Positions 1 through 9,740 of a stretch of DNA of 64,000 bases are shown here, one piece after another. How positions within the stretch are numbered: the stretch's first letter is position 1; each line of letters begins with the position of its first letter. Source of the DNA: Candidatus Sumerlaeota bacterium (GTDB lineage: Bacteria; Sumerlaeota; Sumerlaeia; MWCT01; JAUWMI01); the NCBI GenBank assembly GCA_030613245.1, contig JAUWMI010000022.1, forward strand, positions 2,114 through 66,113. The letters run 5' to 3'. Made by a program: the position numbers and the translations under genes. The notes beneath the pieces were generated by a model. That model worked only from the letters and a program-made list of their open reading frames with translations, did no database searches and was not told the origin of the DNA.

Positions 1-1138
1 TCAGATCCAGGAATTGCAGTCCCCGGTTGGTGTACTTCTTCGCAATACTTACCACCAGCCTGAGGTTAGCCTCGACCACCTTCATTTTTGCTTCGTGCGC
101 TTCTTTTTCGCCCTTATTAATGGCGATGACGATATCGCGCAATTCATCGTACGTGTTACCAGCCTCTTTCTCGAGCCGCTTAATCAGGTGCTGGGCATTG
201 CGTACTTGCTTGTCCATCTTGATAAAGTCGTCCAGATTGAACCCAAACTTCCTTTGAAGGGCACGTGCCTCAGGACTGTTCTTCCTGGTGCGTTTTACGA
301 TCCGCCTTAGCTCTTCCTCGCTCAACATAGTCTTTAGAATGATTTCGCGGATTTCACGATTTGCTTCGTCGAGCTTGATGAAAATCGTGCGGATCTTATT
401 AGCGATCTGTTCGATGATGCTGAAATTCAGATCAACTTTGAGGAGGTGCTGGTAAATCTGTGCCCGTTTCTCCGTGATGTCCTTGACGATCTTCTCTCGT
501 TGCTTCTGTGATAATGTCGGGTCTTCCAACACATCCAACTGCTTGAGCACCTCGTTGTAGAGATTGAGAATGATATCGAGGTTTTCCAGGACGAACTTCA
601 CCATTCGGTTTCGCTCGTCAATGTCATTTTCATCCACATTTGCCCGGAGGATGTCATTCAGATTAAAAGCTCCGCTTTCGATACGTGCGTAGATTTTCTT
701 TAGTTCGCCAGCGGTAGCACTGGCACGCGAAATGGCTTCCGTGATCTCGTGGCGCCCTTTTTCAATCTGCTTGGCAAGCGCAACTTCCTCTTCGCGCGTC
801 AACAATGGCACCTTGCCCATTTCCATTAGGTAGAGCCGTACGGGATCATCAATACGGGAACTCTCGGCCGCGGTCGTAGTAGTTTCCTCTTGTATCGCCA
901 CCATTCCCGCACTGATGTCTTGGCCTTCTCGCTCGGTCGCTTCCACCGCACCCTTTAAATCTTTCTCGTCGTAGACGCCAATATGCAGCTCTTCCAGCTC
1001 TTCCAGAAGGTTTTCCATATCTGCCGACGTAATATTATCCGGAAGATTCTGGTTGATCTCTTCGTACGTTAAATGCCCTTTTTCCTTACCAAGGTTAATC
1101 AGACGCTCAAATTCAGAGAACTTTGTACTGCTTTTCAT
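1..1138 (-). CDS. rpoD: RNA polymerase sigma-70 factor (3' end outside window)
   Basis: Not in ORF track (open at edge). Manual translation from ATG 1138: MKSSTKFSEFERLINLGKEKGHLTYEEIN...IDDPVRLYLMEMGKVPLLTREEEVALAKQIE (regions 1.1/1.2); directly downstream of dnaG. Confidence 0.95.
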   Translation of the reverse strand, partial: MKSSTKFSEFERLINLGKEKGHLTYEEINQNLPDNITSADMENLLEELEELHIGVYDEKDLKGAVEATEREGQDISAGMVAIQEETTTTAAESSRIDDPVRLYLMEMGKVPLLTREEEVALAKQIEKGRHEITEAISRASATAGELKKIYARIESGAFNLNDILRANVDENDIDERNRMVKFVLENLDIILNLYNEVLKQLDVLEDPTLSQKQREKIVKDITEKRAQIYQHLLKVDLNFSIIEQIANKIRTIFIKLDEANREIREIILKTMLSEEELRRIVKRTRKNSPEARALQRKFGFNLDDFIKMDKQVRNAQHLIKRLEKEAGNTYDELRDIVIAINKGEKEAHEAKMKVVEANLRLVVSIAKKYTNRGLQFLDL

Positions 1139-1385
1139 AGCCAATCGTCCCACGCTCCTTTTCTGGTTTATCTTTTGTTTGTATTAGTATTTATGTTCTT
1201 AGATTCTTAGACTGGCAGTGCCGCCTATCGGTTGGCATGCGCTACGTTCACTTTCGTGCTCTGATGTTTTGCCAACAAACCGCGGGACAGCAATACTCTT
1301 TTGTCCCCGCGCCATTAATCCTGACTCACTTTTCCCAACTGAAGTTTGCTTCGCCAATAATGCTGCTCGCTCAGTATGTGAAGCC

Positions 1386-3308
1386 CTATAGGCCTAGCTG
1401 ATCCTTAAGCTGTTTCACAATTCTCTGAGAGTCGCTATGCATGGAAACCAGAAGGGGAAGAATTTGATCCTGATTTCCTTGAGTATAGGACTGCTGGATT
1501 TCTTCAGACAATCGTGCAGTCTTAGCCTTTTCAAACCTAAGCCGCAAGCGAAGTATAATTTCCTCGAGAATACTCGGGTAATCCTCAATGGCTTCGTCCC
1601 ACAGTGCAACCTCGCGCAGAAACGCAGCCTCTTCTTCATCTTCACAGCGATCTAGTAAATCAGCCAGCAGGCCTTGCGCGCTGTCCGTCTGGCAAACATA
1701 ATCGCCGGAAAGGAGCAACCTGACCCACTTCTTTACGCGCGCATCAAATATCCACTCGGGATCGAAGTCCGTACAGAAGCTCTGGCGCGTGTCAGTCTTG
1801 ACCGATGCCTCTCCGAGCTCTTTCAGCTGATCGCGAACATCTGTATGCTCGACCAGGATTCGCAATAATCCTTTTTCAGCCGAGTGAAGCTGATCTAATC
1901 GCTTCTCCTGAATCCCCTGTGCCAGTTTATCTGTGGCGTTCCGTACGGAAGTTGTGGCCCCAACCCCAACATCTTTCAAATACATATTAATGAGATGTTC
2001 ATGGATACCGAGAAATTCCGCCAGCCGATGAACGTAGTTCTGCAGATAGATGGGATTGCCAACACTTCTTAGCAGTGGTCGCACCAGGTCAATTGCCTTT
2101 ACCTTGCCTTCCACGCCATCCACGCTGGCGAGATCATATTTTGCAGCCGCTGCAGATAGAAAGAACTGGAGAAAATCCTCTTTTGCGTCAAGCAGCGCGG
2201 CAAAGGCCTCTTTGCCGCTTGTGCGCAAAAAACTGTCCGGATCCTCGCCTTGCGGAAGTGTAACCACAAAAATCTGAAAATCACGCTTCAGTAATACTTC
2301 GCATCCGCGAAGCATGGCATTCTGGCCTGCTTCATCCCCATCGTACAGGAAGAAGACATCAGAGCAGTAGCGCTTCAGCAATCGTGCCTGAGGCTCTGTC
2401 AGTGCGGTGCCCAGCGTGGCGACTGCATTTGCAAATCCAAACTGGTGTGCCGTGATGACATCGGTGTAGCCTTCGAGCAGCAGGGCACTCTGCGTCTGTT
2501 TCAGCGCGTCTTTTGCCCGATGCAGGCCGTACAGCACCTGTCCCTTCTTGTAGATGTGCGTCTCGGGTGAATTGATGTACTTTGGCTCACTGTCATCAAG
2601 CACACGCCCGCCGAACCCTACACAGCGCTCAAGAGCGTCGAATATGGGAAAAATCAGCCGGTCGCGAAACCTGTCGTAGTATCCTCGTGTCTCCCCCTCG
2701 GCAGCAGCCATGCGACCGTCTGTATGAACGGGTTCGCGCTGGCTGCGGATTATCAGCCCTGCGTCTTCCAGTGCCTTCTCCGAGTAGCCTTTCTGCTTGG
2801 CTAGCCTAAGGAAGTTCTTCCATCCCGCGGGAGCATAGCCGATCTGAAAATCATGAAAGACCTTATCGCCTATTCCGCGTCTCTTGAGATATTCGCGCGC
2901 TTTCCTACCTCTGGATTCCTTTAGTTGTGCTGCGAAAAACTCCGCCGCGAGCGTATGGATTTCGTACAAAATGGTTCTATGCTGATCCAGCTCCGCATCG
3001 TACGAGCTCACTGCAAATCGGGGAACCGCCAGCCCGAGCTTCTTGGCAAGGATCTCCAGCGCGTCCTTAAATCCCACCTTCTCATACTGGCGGACAAAGC
3101 CAATGACGTCTCCCCCCACATTACACCCAAAGCAGTGGAATATTTGCTTGGCAGGGCTAACCATGAAGGATGGGGTTTTCTCTTGATGAAACGGGCACAA
3201 GGCCTTGTAATTGGCGCCGCCTTTCTTCAATGTCAGGTAGGAGCCAATAATATCTACTATACTGGCAGTCTCTCTAACCTTATCGGCAAACTCTTTCAGA
3301 CTCGCCAT
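1386..3308 (-). CDS. dnaG: DNA primase
   Basis: CPFHQEKTPSF..CFGC zinc finger, YDRFRDRLIFPI, KYINSPET, EGYTD, YDGDEAG TOPRIM; probable start ATG 3308. Confidence 0.97.
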   Translation of the reverse strand: MASLKEFADKVRETASIVDIIGSYLTLKKGGANYKALCPFHQEKTPSFMVSPAKQIFHCFGCNVGGDVIGFVRQYEKVGFKDALEILAKKLGLAVPRFAVSSYDAELDQHRTILYEIHTLAAEFFAAQLKESRGRKAREYLKRRGIGDKVFHDFQIGYAPAGWKNFLRLAKQKGYSEKALEDAGLIIRSQREPVHTDGRMAAAEGETRGYYDRFRDRLIFPIFDALERCVGFGGRVLDDSEPKYINSPETHIYKKGQVLYGLHRAKDALKQTQSALLLEGYTDVITAHQFGFANAVATLGTALTEPQARLLKRYCSDVFFLYDGDEAGQNAMLRGCEVLLKRDFQIFVVTLPQGEDPDSFLRTSGKEAFAALLDAKEDFLQFFLSAAAAKYDLASVDGVEGKVKAIDLVRPLLRSVGNPIYLQNYVHRLAEFLGIHEHLINMYLKDVGVGATTSVRNATDKLAQGIQEKRLDQLHSAEKGLLRILVEHTDVRDQLKELGEASVKTDTRQSFCTDFDPEWIFDARVKKWVRLLLSGDYVCQTDSAQGLLADLLDRCEDEEEAAFLREVALWDEAIEDYPSILEEIILRLRLRFEKAKTARLSEEIQQSYTQGNQDQILPLLVSMHSDSQRIVKQLKDQLGL

Positions 3309-3359
3309 AAAAAATTTTGGCCTTGTTCGCACCCTGTTATTTTAGAAGATCAATTAAGT

Positions 3360-3388
3360 ATTATAAGACAATATCCAGATTTTGTCAA
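3360..3388 (-). promoter_or_regulatory. sigma70 promoter for dnaG-rpoD
   Basis: Minus strand TTGACA-N17-TATAAT, perfect consensus, about 50 nt upstream of the dnaG start. Confidence 0.85.
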
Positions 3389-3525
3389 GCCCCGCAAGAC
3401 GAAAATTTTCTATAAAAGAGGAACGAGCTATATCACTATTACTACGTAACTTACGACGTCTCACAATGATACTTGATCCAAAAAAGCTTTCAGAGATAGA
3501 AGAAGAGAATCGTCCATTTTGTAGA

Positions 3526-4299
3526 TTAGTTAGCCTCCAGTCGAACTGGAACCCCCCTGGCTTTCAAGTATTCCTTGACATCGCGGACCGTAACTTCCCT
3601 GAAATGAAATATTGACGCCGCCAATACCGCGTCAGCTTTCCCTTCCGTTAGTGCCTGGTAGAGATGCTCCATATTCCCTGCTCCACCGGAGGCTATTACC
3701 GGAATGCTGACGGCTTCTGCGATCTTCCGCGTAAGCTCGAGATCGTAGCCTTCCTTGGTTCCGTCAGCATCAATGCTGGTGGGAAGGAGCTCCCCAGCTC
3801 CGAATGTTTCAACTCGCCTGACCCACTCAATGACGTCCATGCCGGTCGGTGTGCGCCCTCCATTAATAAAGACCTCGTAGCCTGACGGCGTTTTACTGGT
3901 TTTTTGGGCATCCACAGCGACTATGATGGCTGACTGGCCAAATTCCTTCGACGCCTGCCGGACGAACTCGGGGTTCTTGACTGCCGCTGTGTTGATTGAA
4001 ACCTTTGATGCACCCGCGTTGACCAGCTTGCTAATATCGTCAAGCTCCGAAATGCCACCGCCAACGGCCAGTGGCACGCTAATCGCCTTAACTGTACGTT
4101 TCACCAGATCAATCATGGTTTTGCGACCTTCGACAGTGGCCATGATGTCTAGAAAGGCGATCTCATCTGCCCCTTCCCGACTGTAAAGAGCTCCCGCTTC
4201 AACAGGATCAGCCGTATCACGCAGATTCACAAAATGTACGCCCTTTACCACGCGTCCCTCTTTAATGTCTAAACAGGGAATGATTCTCTTGTACTTCAT
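3526..4299 (-). CDS. hisF: Imidazole glycerol phosphate synthase cyclase subunit
   Basis: [47 protein letters not shown]. Confidence 0.97.
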   Translation of the reverse strand: MKYKRIIPCLDIKEGRVVKGVHFVNLRDTADPVEAGALYSREGADEIAFLDIMATVEGRKTMIDLVKRTVKAISVPLAVGGGISELDDISKLVNAGASKVSINTAAVKNPEFVRQASKEFGQSAIIVAVDAQKTSKTPSGYEVFINGGRTPTGMDVIEWVRRVETFGAGELLPTSIDADGTKEGYDLELTRKIAEAVSIPVIASGGAGNMEHLYQALTEGKADAVLAASIFHFREVTVRDVKEYLKARGVPVRLEAN

Positions 4300-4350
4300 G
4301 ATTTAATCATCCTCTCTCCGGTTCTCAAGTTTTGGGTAGCTTCGTGTCAA

Positions 4351-4920
4351 TTATTTCTTCGCTTTTTGTTTCTTCAGGCGTTTTTTGCCGTAGAACTCGT
4401 TGCGCAAAATGGCCATGACATAGAAATCAAAGTACCGGTCGTTCTGGTACATGGCCTGCCGCAGGAGCCCTTCTCTGCGAAAGCCCACCTTTTCGTAAGC
4501 CTTTATACCTCGGCTATTGTGTGCTGTTACATGTAGTTGAATCCGATTGAGATTCAGCACGTTAAATCCGTACTCAACCATCAGTTGGGTAACCTCAGAG
4601 CCATAGCCTTTACCCCATTCACTCGGCTCAGTAATTATGATTGAATATATTGCTACGCGGCTCGCCAGATCCACGCGATGGAACGCGGCAATCCCGATCG
4701 ACTTGTCGGTCTTTTTGACCACGATGGTGAAAGGGATGAAATCCTTCTGCTTATAGAGACTTTTGATCATCTCCTCTTGCTGAATAAGATTAATGGGGAA
4801 GATCGTAAAGAACGTCAACCTGACCTCTGGACTATTCATGCACTGGCAATAGATCATGGCGTCTTTTAATTCTACAGGCCGAAGGTACACGGCCTTGCCA
4901 ACGATAAATTCGTTCTCCAT
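4351..4920 (-). CDS. RimJ/RimL-family GNAT N-acetyltransferase
   Basis: WGKGYGSE motif A; NSRGIKAYEKVGFRREG; strong RBS GAGGAG. Confidence 0.88.
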   Translation of the reverse strand: MENEFIVGKAVYLRPVELKDAMIYCQCMNSPEVRLTFFTIFPINLIQQEEMIKSLYKQKDFIPFTIVVKKTDKSIGIAAFHRVDLASRVAIYSIIITEPSEWGKGYGSEVTQLMVEYGFNVLNLNRIQLHVTAHNSRGIKAYEKVGFRREGLLRQAMYQNDRYFDFYVMAILRNEFYGKKRLKKQKAKK

Positions 4921-5246
4921 CTCCTCACTCCTTTGCTAGCAGAATTTGCATACGCCGCTATTACCAGAAGCGATCCCTGGCGAAGCTGCCAGCGTGGGTT
5001 AACCGATTTGCTCACGGCAAAATACGTGCAAGTTCGAATGGGGATTTGATACCCTAGCCGCTGAGCCTTTGCAACGGTTATTATTCGAACTTATTGACGG
5101 AATCTCATGGCCCTTGTTTGCAACCAGAGAAAGTCCGTTATCCAGGGTGTCAGTGCACGGTCCTCTCAAACGCTACAGGTTGTCCGAATGCATGCTTGAC
5201 CAGATTTTTATTGTCTTTTGCAAGCCGGTATTTTATAGGAAAGGCT

Positions 5247-6065
5247 ATGAAAATTCGTTGTCCCCAGTGCGGAAGCGATAACACAATTGATCAGAAGGAT
5301 GTCATCTACATCCAATGTGCCTTTTGTGGGTCATCGCTCTATTTCGCTCGCGGACAGGCGGTGAAGCACTACTTCCTCGTTCCCAACATCCCTCCCAAAA
5401 CGGTGCCTGGCCTGCTCCAGACCTGGTGCAAGGAGCAGGAGATCCATGGTAAACTCGACATAACGCAGCTGGAGCGTGTGTACGTTCCGGTGTGGAAGAT
5501 AACGTTCAACGACGGTACGAGTCGGGTGGTCAGTGCATCACTTCAATATTTTAGCGGTCTGAGCGACCTGGGAATTCCTTCGGGCAGTTTGCGCTATTTT
5601 GAGCCTCATCTGCTTCAGGAGGAGCAGGTTCTGGACGTAGATATAGACCTTGAGCCCGTGCTGGCCCGGATAGATCAAAGATCGGATATGATCAGCCGGA
5701 ATGTCCAGGATGTTTTTCAGGTGCCGGTTGAGGAGAAAGGGCAAGACAGTGATACAGAGACCGACATCCGAGAAGCAATCCTGTTTCATCTTCCATTTTA
5801 CATGATTGATTACACGTATAATGGCACGCCGTATACAGTAACGATGGAGGCAGCCACTGGCCGGTTTATTGCCTCAGAGACACCCCCGTCGTTTAAGGAT
5901 ATCCGTACTATGACGTATGGCTTGATTACAGTGGCCTCGCTATTGGTGTTTGTGGTTGAAGGTTTGCTGATACCCGATTTCTGGCTCGCTGTAGCCGTTG
6001 GAGGATGCACGTTCCTGGGATTTTATCTTCCGGTCACGATCTATCATACGTTGCAGCAGCGCTAA
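5247..6065 (+). CDS. Zn-ribbon membrane protein (YdjG-like) 1
   Basis: Probable start ATG 5247; CPQC..CAFC, YVPVW and HLPFY motifs, two C-terminal hydrophobic helices. Confidence 0.7.
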   Translation: MKIRCPQCGSDNTIDQKDVIYIQCAFCGSSLYFARGQAVKHYFLVPNIPPKTVPGLLQTWCKEQEIHGKLDITQLERVYVPVWKITFNDGTSRVVSASLQYFSGLSDLGIPSGSLRYFEPHLLQEEQVLDVDIDLEPVLARIDQRSDMISRNVQDVFQVPVEEKGQDSDTETDIREAILFHLPFYMIDYTYNGTPYTVTMEAATGRFIASETPPSFKDIRTMTYGLITVASLLVFVVEGLLIPDFWLAVAVGGCTFLGFYLPVTIYHTLQQR

Positions 6066-6126
6066 CACAGCCACAACCGGAGGCCTGGGCTGAATTCTTA
6101 ACGTAGGGAATTACTCATAGAGAACA

Positions 6127-7299
6127 ATGCGTGTAGAAGCTTCAGATGAACGTAATGCACTAACGGTGCTCAGCTGCAGCTCATGCGGGGGCGCTCTGGA
6201 TTTTGGCCGCGGCTCGCATATTGCTCGCTGTTCCTACTGCAGTACCGCGCATCTTGTTATTGATCCAACCGGTGTGTTGCAATTTTACTATCCCGCGCTC
6301 CAGACCCAGCAAGATGCACTACGCTGCATCTATGCAAAGGTTTTTCTTGATTCCGATGTCAACCAAGGGGTGAGCAAAAAGGCAGTGGTCCGGGATATTC
6401 AGCTTCTCTACGTGCCGTTTGTTGAATATCGCGCGAAACTAGTAATGAAAAAGCTGAAGAGAGGCGTTGTCGAGGATCCATATCGGCTTCACCAGATTAC
6501 GAATTTCAGAGAAGATACAGAGGTGCGCTACGAGCGCTACGCACGCTACGAAGTCGGCTGCGACTTCAAGGAGATTCTCAACATTCCGATTGGCTGGGTG
6601 CGCGAGTTTGGCGAGTCGATTGACCAGCTCCGCGAGCCCGATCCTCAGCACCGCGTGTGTCTCTACCCGTATGACATCCAGAAGATGCAGCAGCAAGGAC
6701 TGGTCTTTAACCTCAACAAGTCGCTCACACACTATATTGCTCAGTTCAAGAAGATCGAGCGCGATTTCGCTGATCATGATACGATCATATTCGATAAAAA
6801 TATGCGGGTGCTCTATTATCCCCTGTGGCGGGTGGTGTATGAGCACCGCGGGGATCTCTACACGGTCTATGCGGACGGTTTGCGTCCGACAATTATCCGG
6901 GCCAGTGCGCCGGAACGCCAGCGCTCACCAGTCTTCTCACTGCTTCTGGCAACGTTTCTGCTTGGGCTTGCAATATCACAGACGATCCATCACAGCCATG
7001 TATTGCTCAGGTGGATGGAGCAAGGAGTGGTGAATCCAATATATCGCTGGATGCTCGTTGGCACTTGTTTGCTCGGTTTTCTTGGATTCATTACCCTGCT
7101 CGGCTTTCTCTCGGTGGCATGGACTCAGTTTCGCTACACAGGAAAGGTGGTCTTTGAACGTACTCAGAAGCAGATTATCCGTATCAATAAACCTCCTCAG
7201 ACGTTTTTGGAACGCGTGGTGGATGTTGCAATTGACATTTTTGGGAAGATTCTGGATCTCATTGTGAAGATCCAACAGAGACGCTTTCGATATTGGTGA
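6127..7299 (+). CDS. Zn-ribbon membrane protein (YdjG-like) 2
   Basis: CSSC..CSYC, LYVPF and YYPLW motifs, two hydrophobic helices near the C-terminus. Confidence 0.7.
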   Translation: MRVEASDERNALTVLSCSSCGGALDFGRGSHIARCSYCSTAHLVIDPTGVLQFYYPALQTQQDALRCIYAKVFLDSDVNQGVSKKAVVRDIQLLYVPFVEYRAKLVMKKLKRGVVEDPYRLHQITNFREDTEVRYERYARYEVGCDFKEILNIPIGWVREFGESIDQLREPDPQHRVCLYPYDIQKMQQQGLVFNLNKSLTHYIAQFKKIERDFADHDTIIFDKNMRVLYYPLWRVVYEHRGDLYTVYADGLRPTIIRASAPERQRSPVFSLLLATFLLGLAISQTIHHSHVLLRWMEQGVVNPIYRWMLVGTCLLGFLGFITLLGFLSVAWTQFRYTGKVVFERTQKQIIRINKPPQTFLERVVDVAIDIFGKILDLIVKIQQRRFRYW

Positions 7300-7432
7300 G
7301 TCAATAGTTGTCGCTGGATTGCTTGATTCCCGACAGGGGCCGTTTTCGCCAGCAGAAAATGAGGTAATAGAATTTGCATGAAAGAACCATTGGGCTTAGA
7401 CTCTGATTATTTCTAAATCCAGGGAAAGGCTT

Positions 7433-8044
7433 ATGCCACAGGCTGACGCCCAAGCTGGCTTACAGGTTATTCCGCTCAAGTGTCCTCGGTGTAAGACGCA
7501 GCTTAATGCTGAGGATCGAGACGTTGTATACTATTGCGCTCAATGCCGTGAGGGATTTGAGCTGGCGGGGAATAAATTCTTTCCTGTACAGGTGCGGTTT
7601 GCGCTTCCCCAGTGTTCCCGGCAAGGCACGCCTGTCTACCTTCCGCTGTGGTGCTTCAGTGTTGCGCCAGAGTTCCAGAGTAAGAACCGGTTCAAATTGA
7701 CGCGAATTAATCAGTTCGGCTTCGCGTTCCGGAAGGTCTATGTTGAGGGGTTCTCAAGACAGGCAACCAGTTTGCGATTGGACATTGGCCTTCTCTATAC
7801 CAATGCACAGCTCGAGTTCGAAACTGTTCAATACAATACGTTACGAGGGTGCAGTCGCTATCGCAAAGATGCGCTGCAATTTGCCAAGATTATTGTGCTC
7901 GCCCTTATTGATCAAAAGGTGGACATTACGGGGGTGGACGTTCAGCTGAACGTACAAGATTGGAATCTTGTCGGGTTTCCGTTCTACAAGGAGGGAATTG
8001 CCTACTACGACGGTATACTCGGCAAGAAGTTCTATATTGATTGA
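7433..8044 (+). CDS. Zn-ribbon soluble protein 3
   Basis: CPRC..CAQC, VYLPLW and GFPFY motifs; no obvious TM helix. Confidence 0.7.
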   Translation: MPQADAQAGLQVIPLKCPRCKTQLNAEDRDVVYYCAQCREGFELAGNKFFPVQVRFALPQCSRQGTPVYLPLWCFSVAPEFQSKNRFKLTRINQFGFAFRKVYVEGFSRQATSLRLDIGLLYTNAQLEFETVQYNTLRGCSRYRKDALQFAKIIVLALIDQKVDITGVDVQLNVQDWNLVGFPFYKEGIAYYDGILGKKFYID

Positions 8045-8181
8045 GCAGTCGGGGAGTTTTCTATAACGCCGACTGCTCATCCTGAGGAGCGAAGCGACGA
8101 AGGATCTCTATAATGGTTTGACAGGAGATCCCTCGTTTCGCTCGGGATGAGGGGTCGGAGGTAAAACTCCCCGACCCCTCA
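8042..8181. repeat. Compound palindromic REP/BIME-like element
   Basis: Three abutting hairpins: TGAGCAGTCGG..CCGACTGCTCA; TCATCCTGAG..GAAGGATCTC..GAGATCCCTCG..CTCGGGATGA; TGAGGGGTCGG..CCGACCCCTCA. The middle unit is related to 60461-60571. Confidence 0.75.
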
Positions 8182-8381
8182 TATTGATTGATACTGTAAG
8201 CGCGGCTTAGCCAGACGTCATTCGCCGCAATGATTGCTCTTGTTACGGCCATCCGGCGATTTGCCGATGGCGGGATGCACATCGGTTCGATCTGTCTATC
8301 TATAGGATTTGGAGCGCATAGCAAAAAGCAATATCGAACCACGACGACACGACGTGGACAGGTCTTAGGCGCATTAGCAAT

Positions 8382-9722
8382 TCAAACCGTAGGGGCGATC
8401 CGGCGGGTCGCCCTCGCTTCCTTCAGCCGTTGAGCCACAAGATGAAAAGTAGTTGCGCGCGTGATTTGCACGCGCAGCCGGTCGCCAGGCTGTAGAGCAT
8501 TCTTCTCCCTGAGCTCCGCTCCATCATCCTTGTCTTGAGGAATGACTACTGGCTTGTACGCAGTATTGCGCGCCAGCCAGCTTCCAGCCTTGCGTTGCTC
8601 GCTTATCAAGACCTCACCTTCCCAGCCAACCCAACTGAGATTACTAGCCAGCGCAAGGTCTTTTACGAGCTCAGTGAGACGGCGCGAACGCTGCGCCACG
8701 ATCTTTGCCGGCACTGGAGGGAGAGCGGCAGCCTCAGTTCCCGGACGTGGGCTGAATCGCGAGCGGTTGATCGTCGCAGGCTTGACCTTTCGCAGCAGTG
8801 CCAGAGTTTGCTCGAAATCCTGATCCGTCTCTCCCGGGAATCCCACAATCACGTCGGTTGCAATTGTGCCGCGCGGAAACGCCTGGCGAAACTGCTGGCA
8901 GATGTCATGGAAGTCTGCAACCCGATAAGCCCGATACATTGCCCGCAGCATGCGATCGCTGCCTGATTGCACGGGAACGTGGAGGAATTTGTACATCCTG
9001 TCGCTTTGGAAGATCTGAAGCAGCTCGGGAAGAACGTGCTGGATGTGATTTGGATTTGCCATACCAAGGCGTATGAAAAATTGTCCGGGCAGGGTGACGA
9101 GCCGGCGTAGCAGCTTGGTGATATTAGTTCCAATGTCCTGTCCATACGCGCCAGTGTCTTGCGCTGTAAGCCAGAATTCCTTTACCCCGTCTTGCAAGGC
9201 GCAGCGCGCCTGCTGCACTATTTCGTCCTCGGGATAAGAGACCAGTTCGCCCCGCGCAAGCCTCGTCTGGCAATATGCACATCGTCCCAGGCAGCCTTTA
9301 CAGATAGGCAGGATTTCGACGACAGAGTTGCGCCGGAGCTTCGGGAGATTGAGACGCTTATTGTCGCCGCCGTCAAGGTGCTGAAACCGCTTTCCGGTCA
9401 GAGTAGCGGTCACCGCCTCAGCAATCTGGCTAATGTTGTCGGTCCCAATACATGAATGGCGATTCAAAAGCGCCGAGTGCCGGTAGGCCTTTGGGATACA
9501 CCCGGCAACAACAAGCGGTCTTGCGGCAAGTTCCCGCAAGCGCTTTTCAAAATTTCGAAACGTCCCGTCCTTGACTGTGCAGGAATTCAGCACAACAATA
9601 TCCGCATGCTCCGGATTGCCGACAATGCGGTAGCCCGCCTGGCTGAGCAGACCAGCCATCAGCTCGCCATCAGCAACATTCAGGCTGCATCCATAGGTTT
9701 CGATGTAGACGCTTTGTGACAT
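8382..9722 (-). CDS. mtaB: tRNA t6A37 methylthiotransferase, archaeal/eukaryotic (e-MtaB/CDKAL1) type
   Basis: UPF0004 (ETYGCSLN, NSCTVK, AGCIP), radical SAM GCLGRCAYCQTRLARGELVSYP, WLTAQDTGAYGQDIG, RLGMANP, C-terminal TRAM. Confidence 0.8.
   Translation of the reverse strand: MSQSVYIETYGCSLNVADGELMAGLLSQAGYRIVGNPEHADIVVLNSCTVKDGTFRNFEKRLRELAARPLVVAGCIPKAYRHSALLNRHSCIGTDNISQIAEAVTATLTGKRFQHLDGGDNKRLNLPKLRRNSVVEILPICKGCLGRCAYCQTRLARGELVSYPEDEIVQQARCALQDGVKEFWLTAQDTGAYGQDIGTNITKLLRRLVTLPGQFFIRLGMANPNHIQHVLPELLQIFQSDRMYKFLHVPVQSGSDRMLRAMYRAYRVADFHDICQQFRQAFPRGTIATDVIVGFPGETDQDFEQTLALLRKVKPATINRSRFSPRPGTEAAALPPVPAKIVAQRSRRLTELVKDLALASNLSWVGWEGEVLISEQRKAGSWLARNTAYKPVVIPQDKDDGAELREKNALQPGDRLRVQITRATTFHLVAQRLKEARATRRIAPTV
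8389..8414 (+). repeat. GTAG-type REP overlapping the mtaB 3' end
   Basis: GTAGGGGCGATCCGGCGGGTCGCCCT palindrome; encodes RATRRIAPT on the minus strand. Confidence 0.7.
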
Positions 9723-9740
9723 TAGTGAAGGGAAAGAAGA

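Noticed and set aside
2690-2745. Insertion of about 17 aa in DnaG as an intein or repeat
   Set aside because: Too short, no intein termini and no palindrome; probably a variable loop.
4921-5246. Possible ncRNA or riboswitch in the divergent intergenic region
   Set aside because: Some hairpins and a GAGAAAGTCC word are present, but no complete RNase P, 6S, tmRNA or riboswitch consensus can be recognised by eye.
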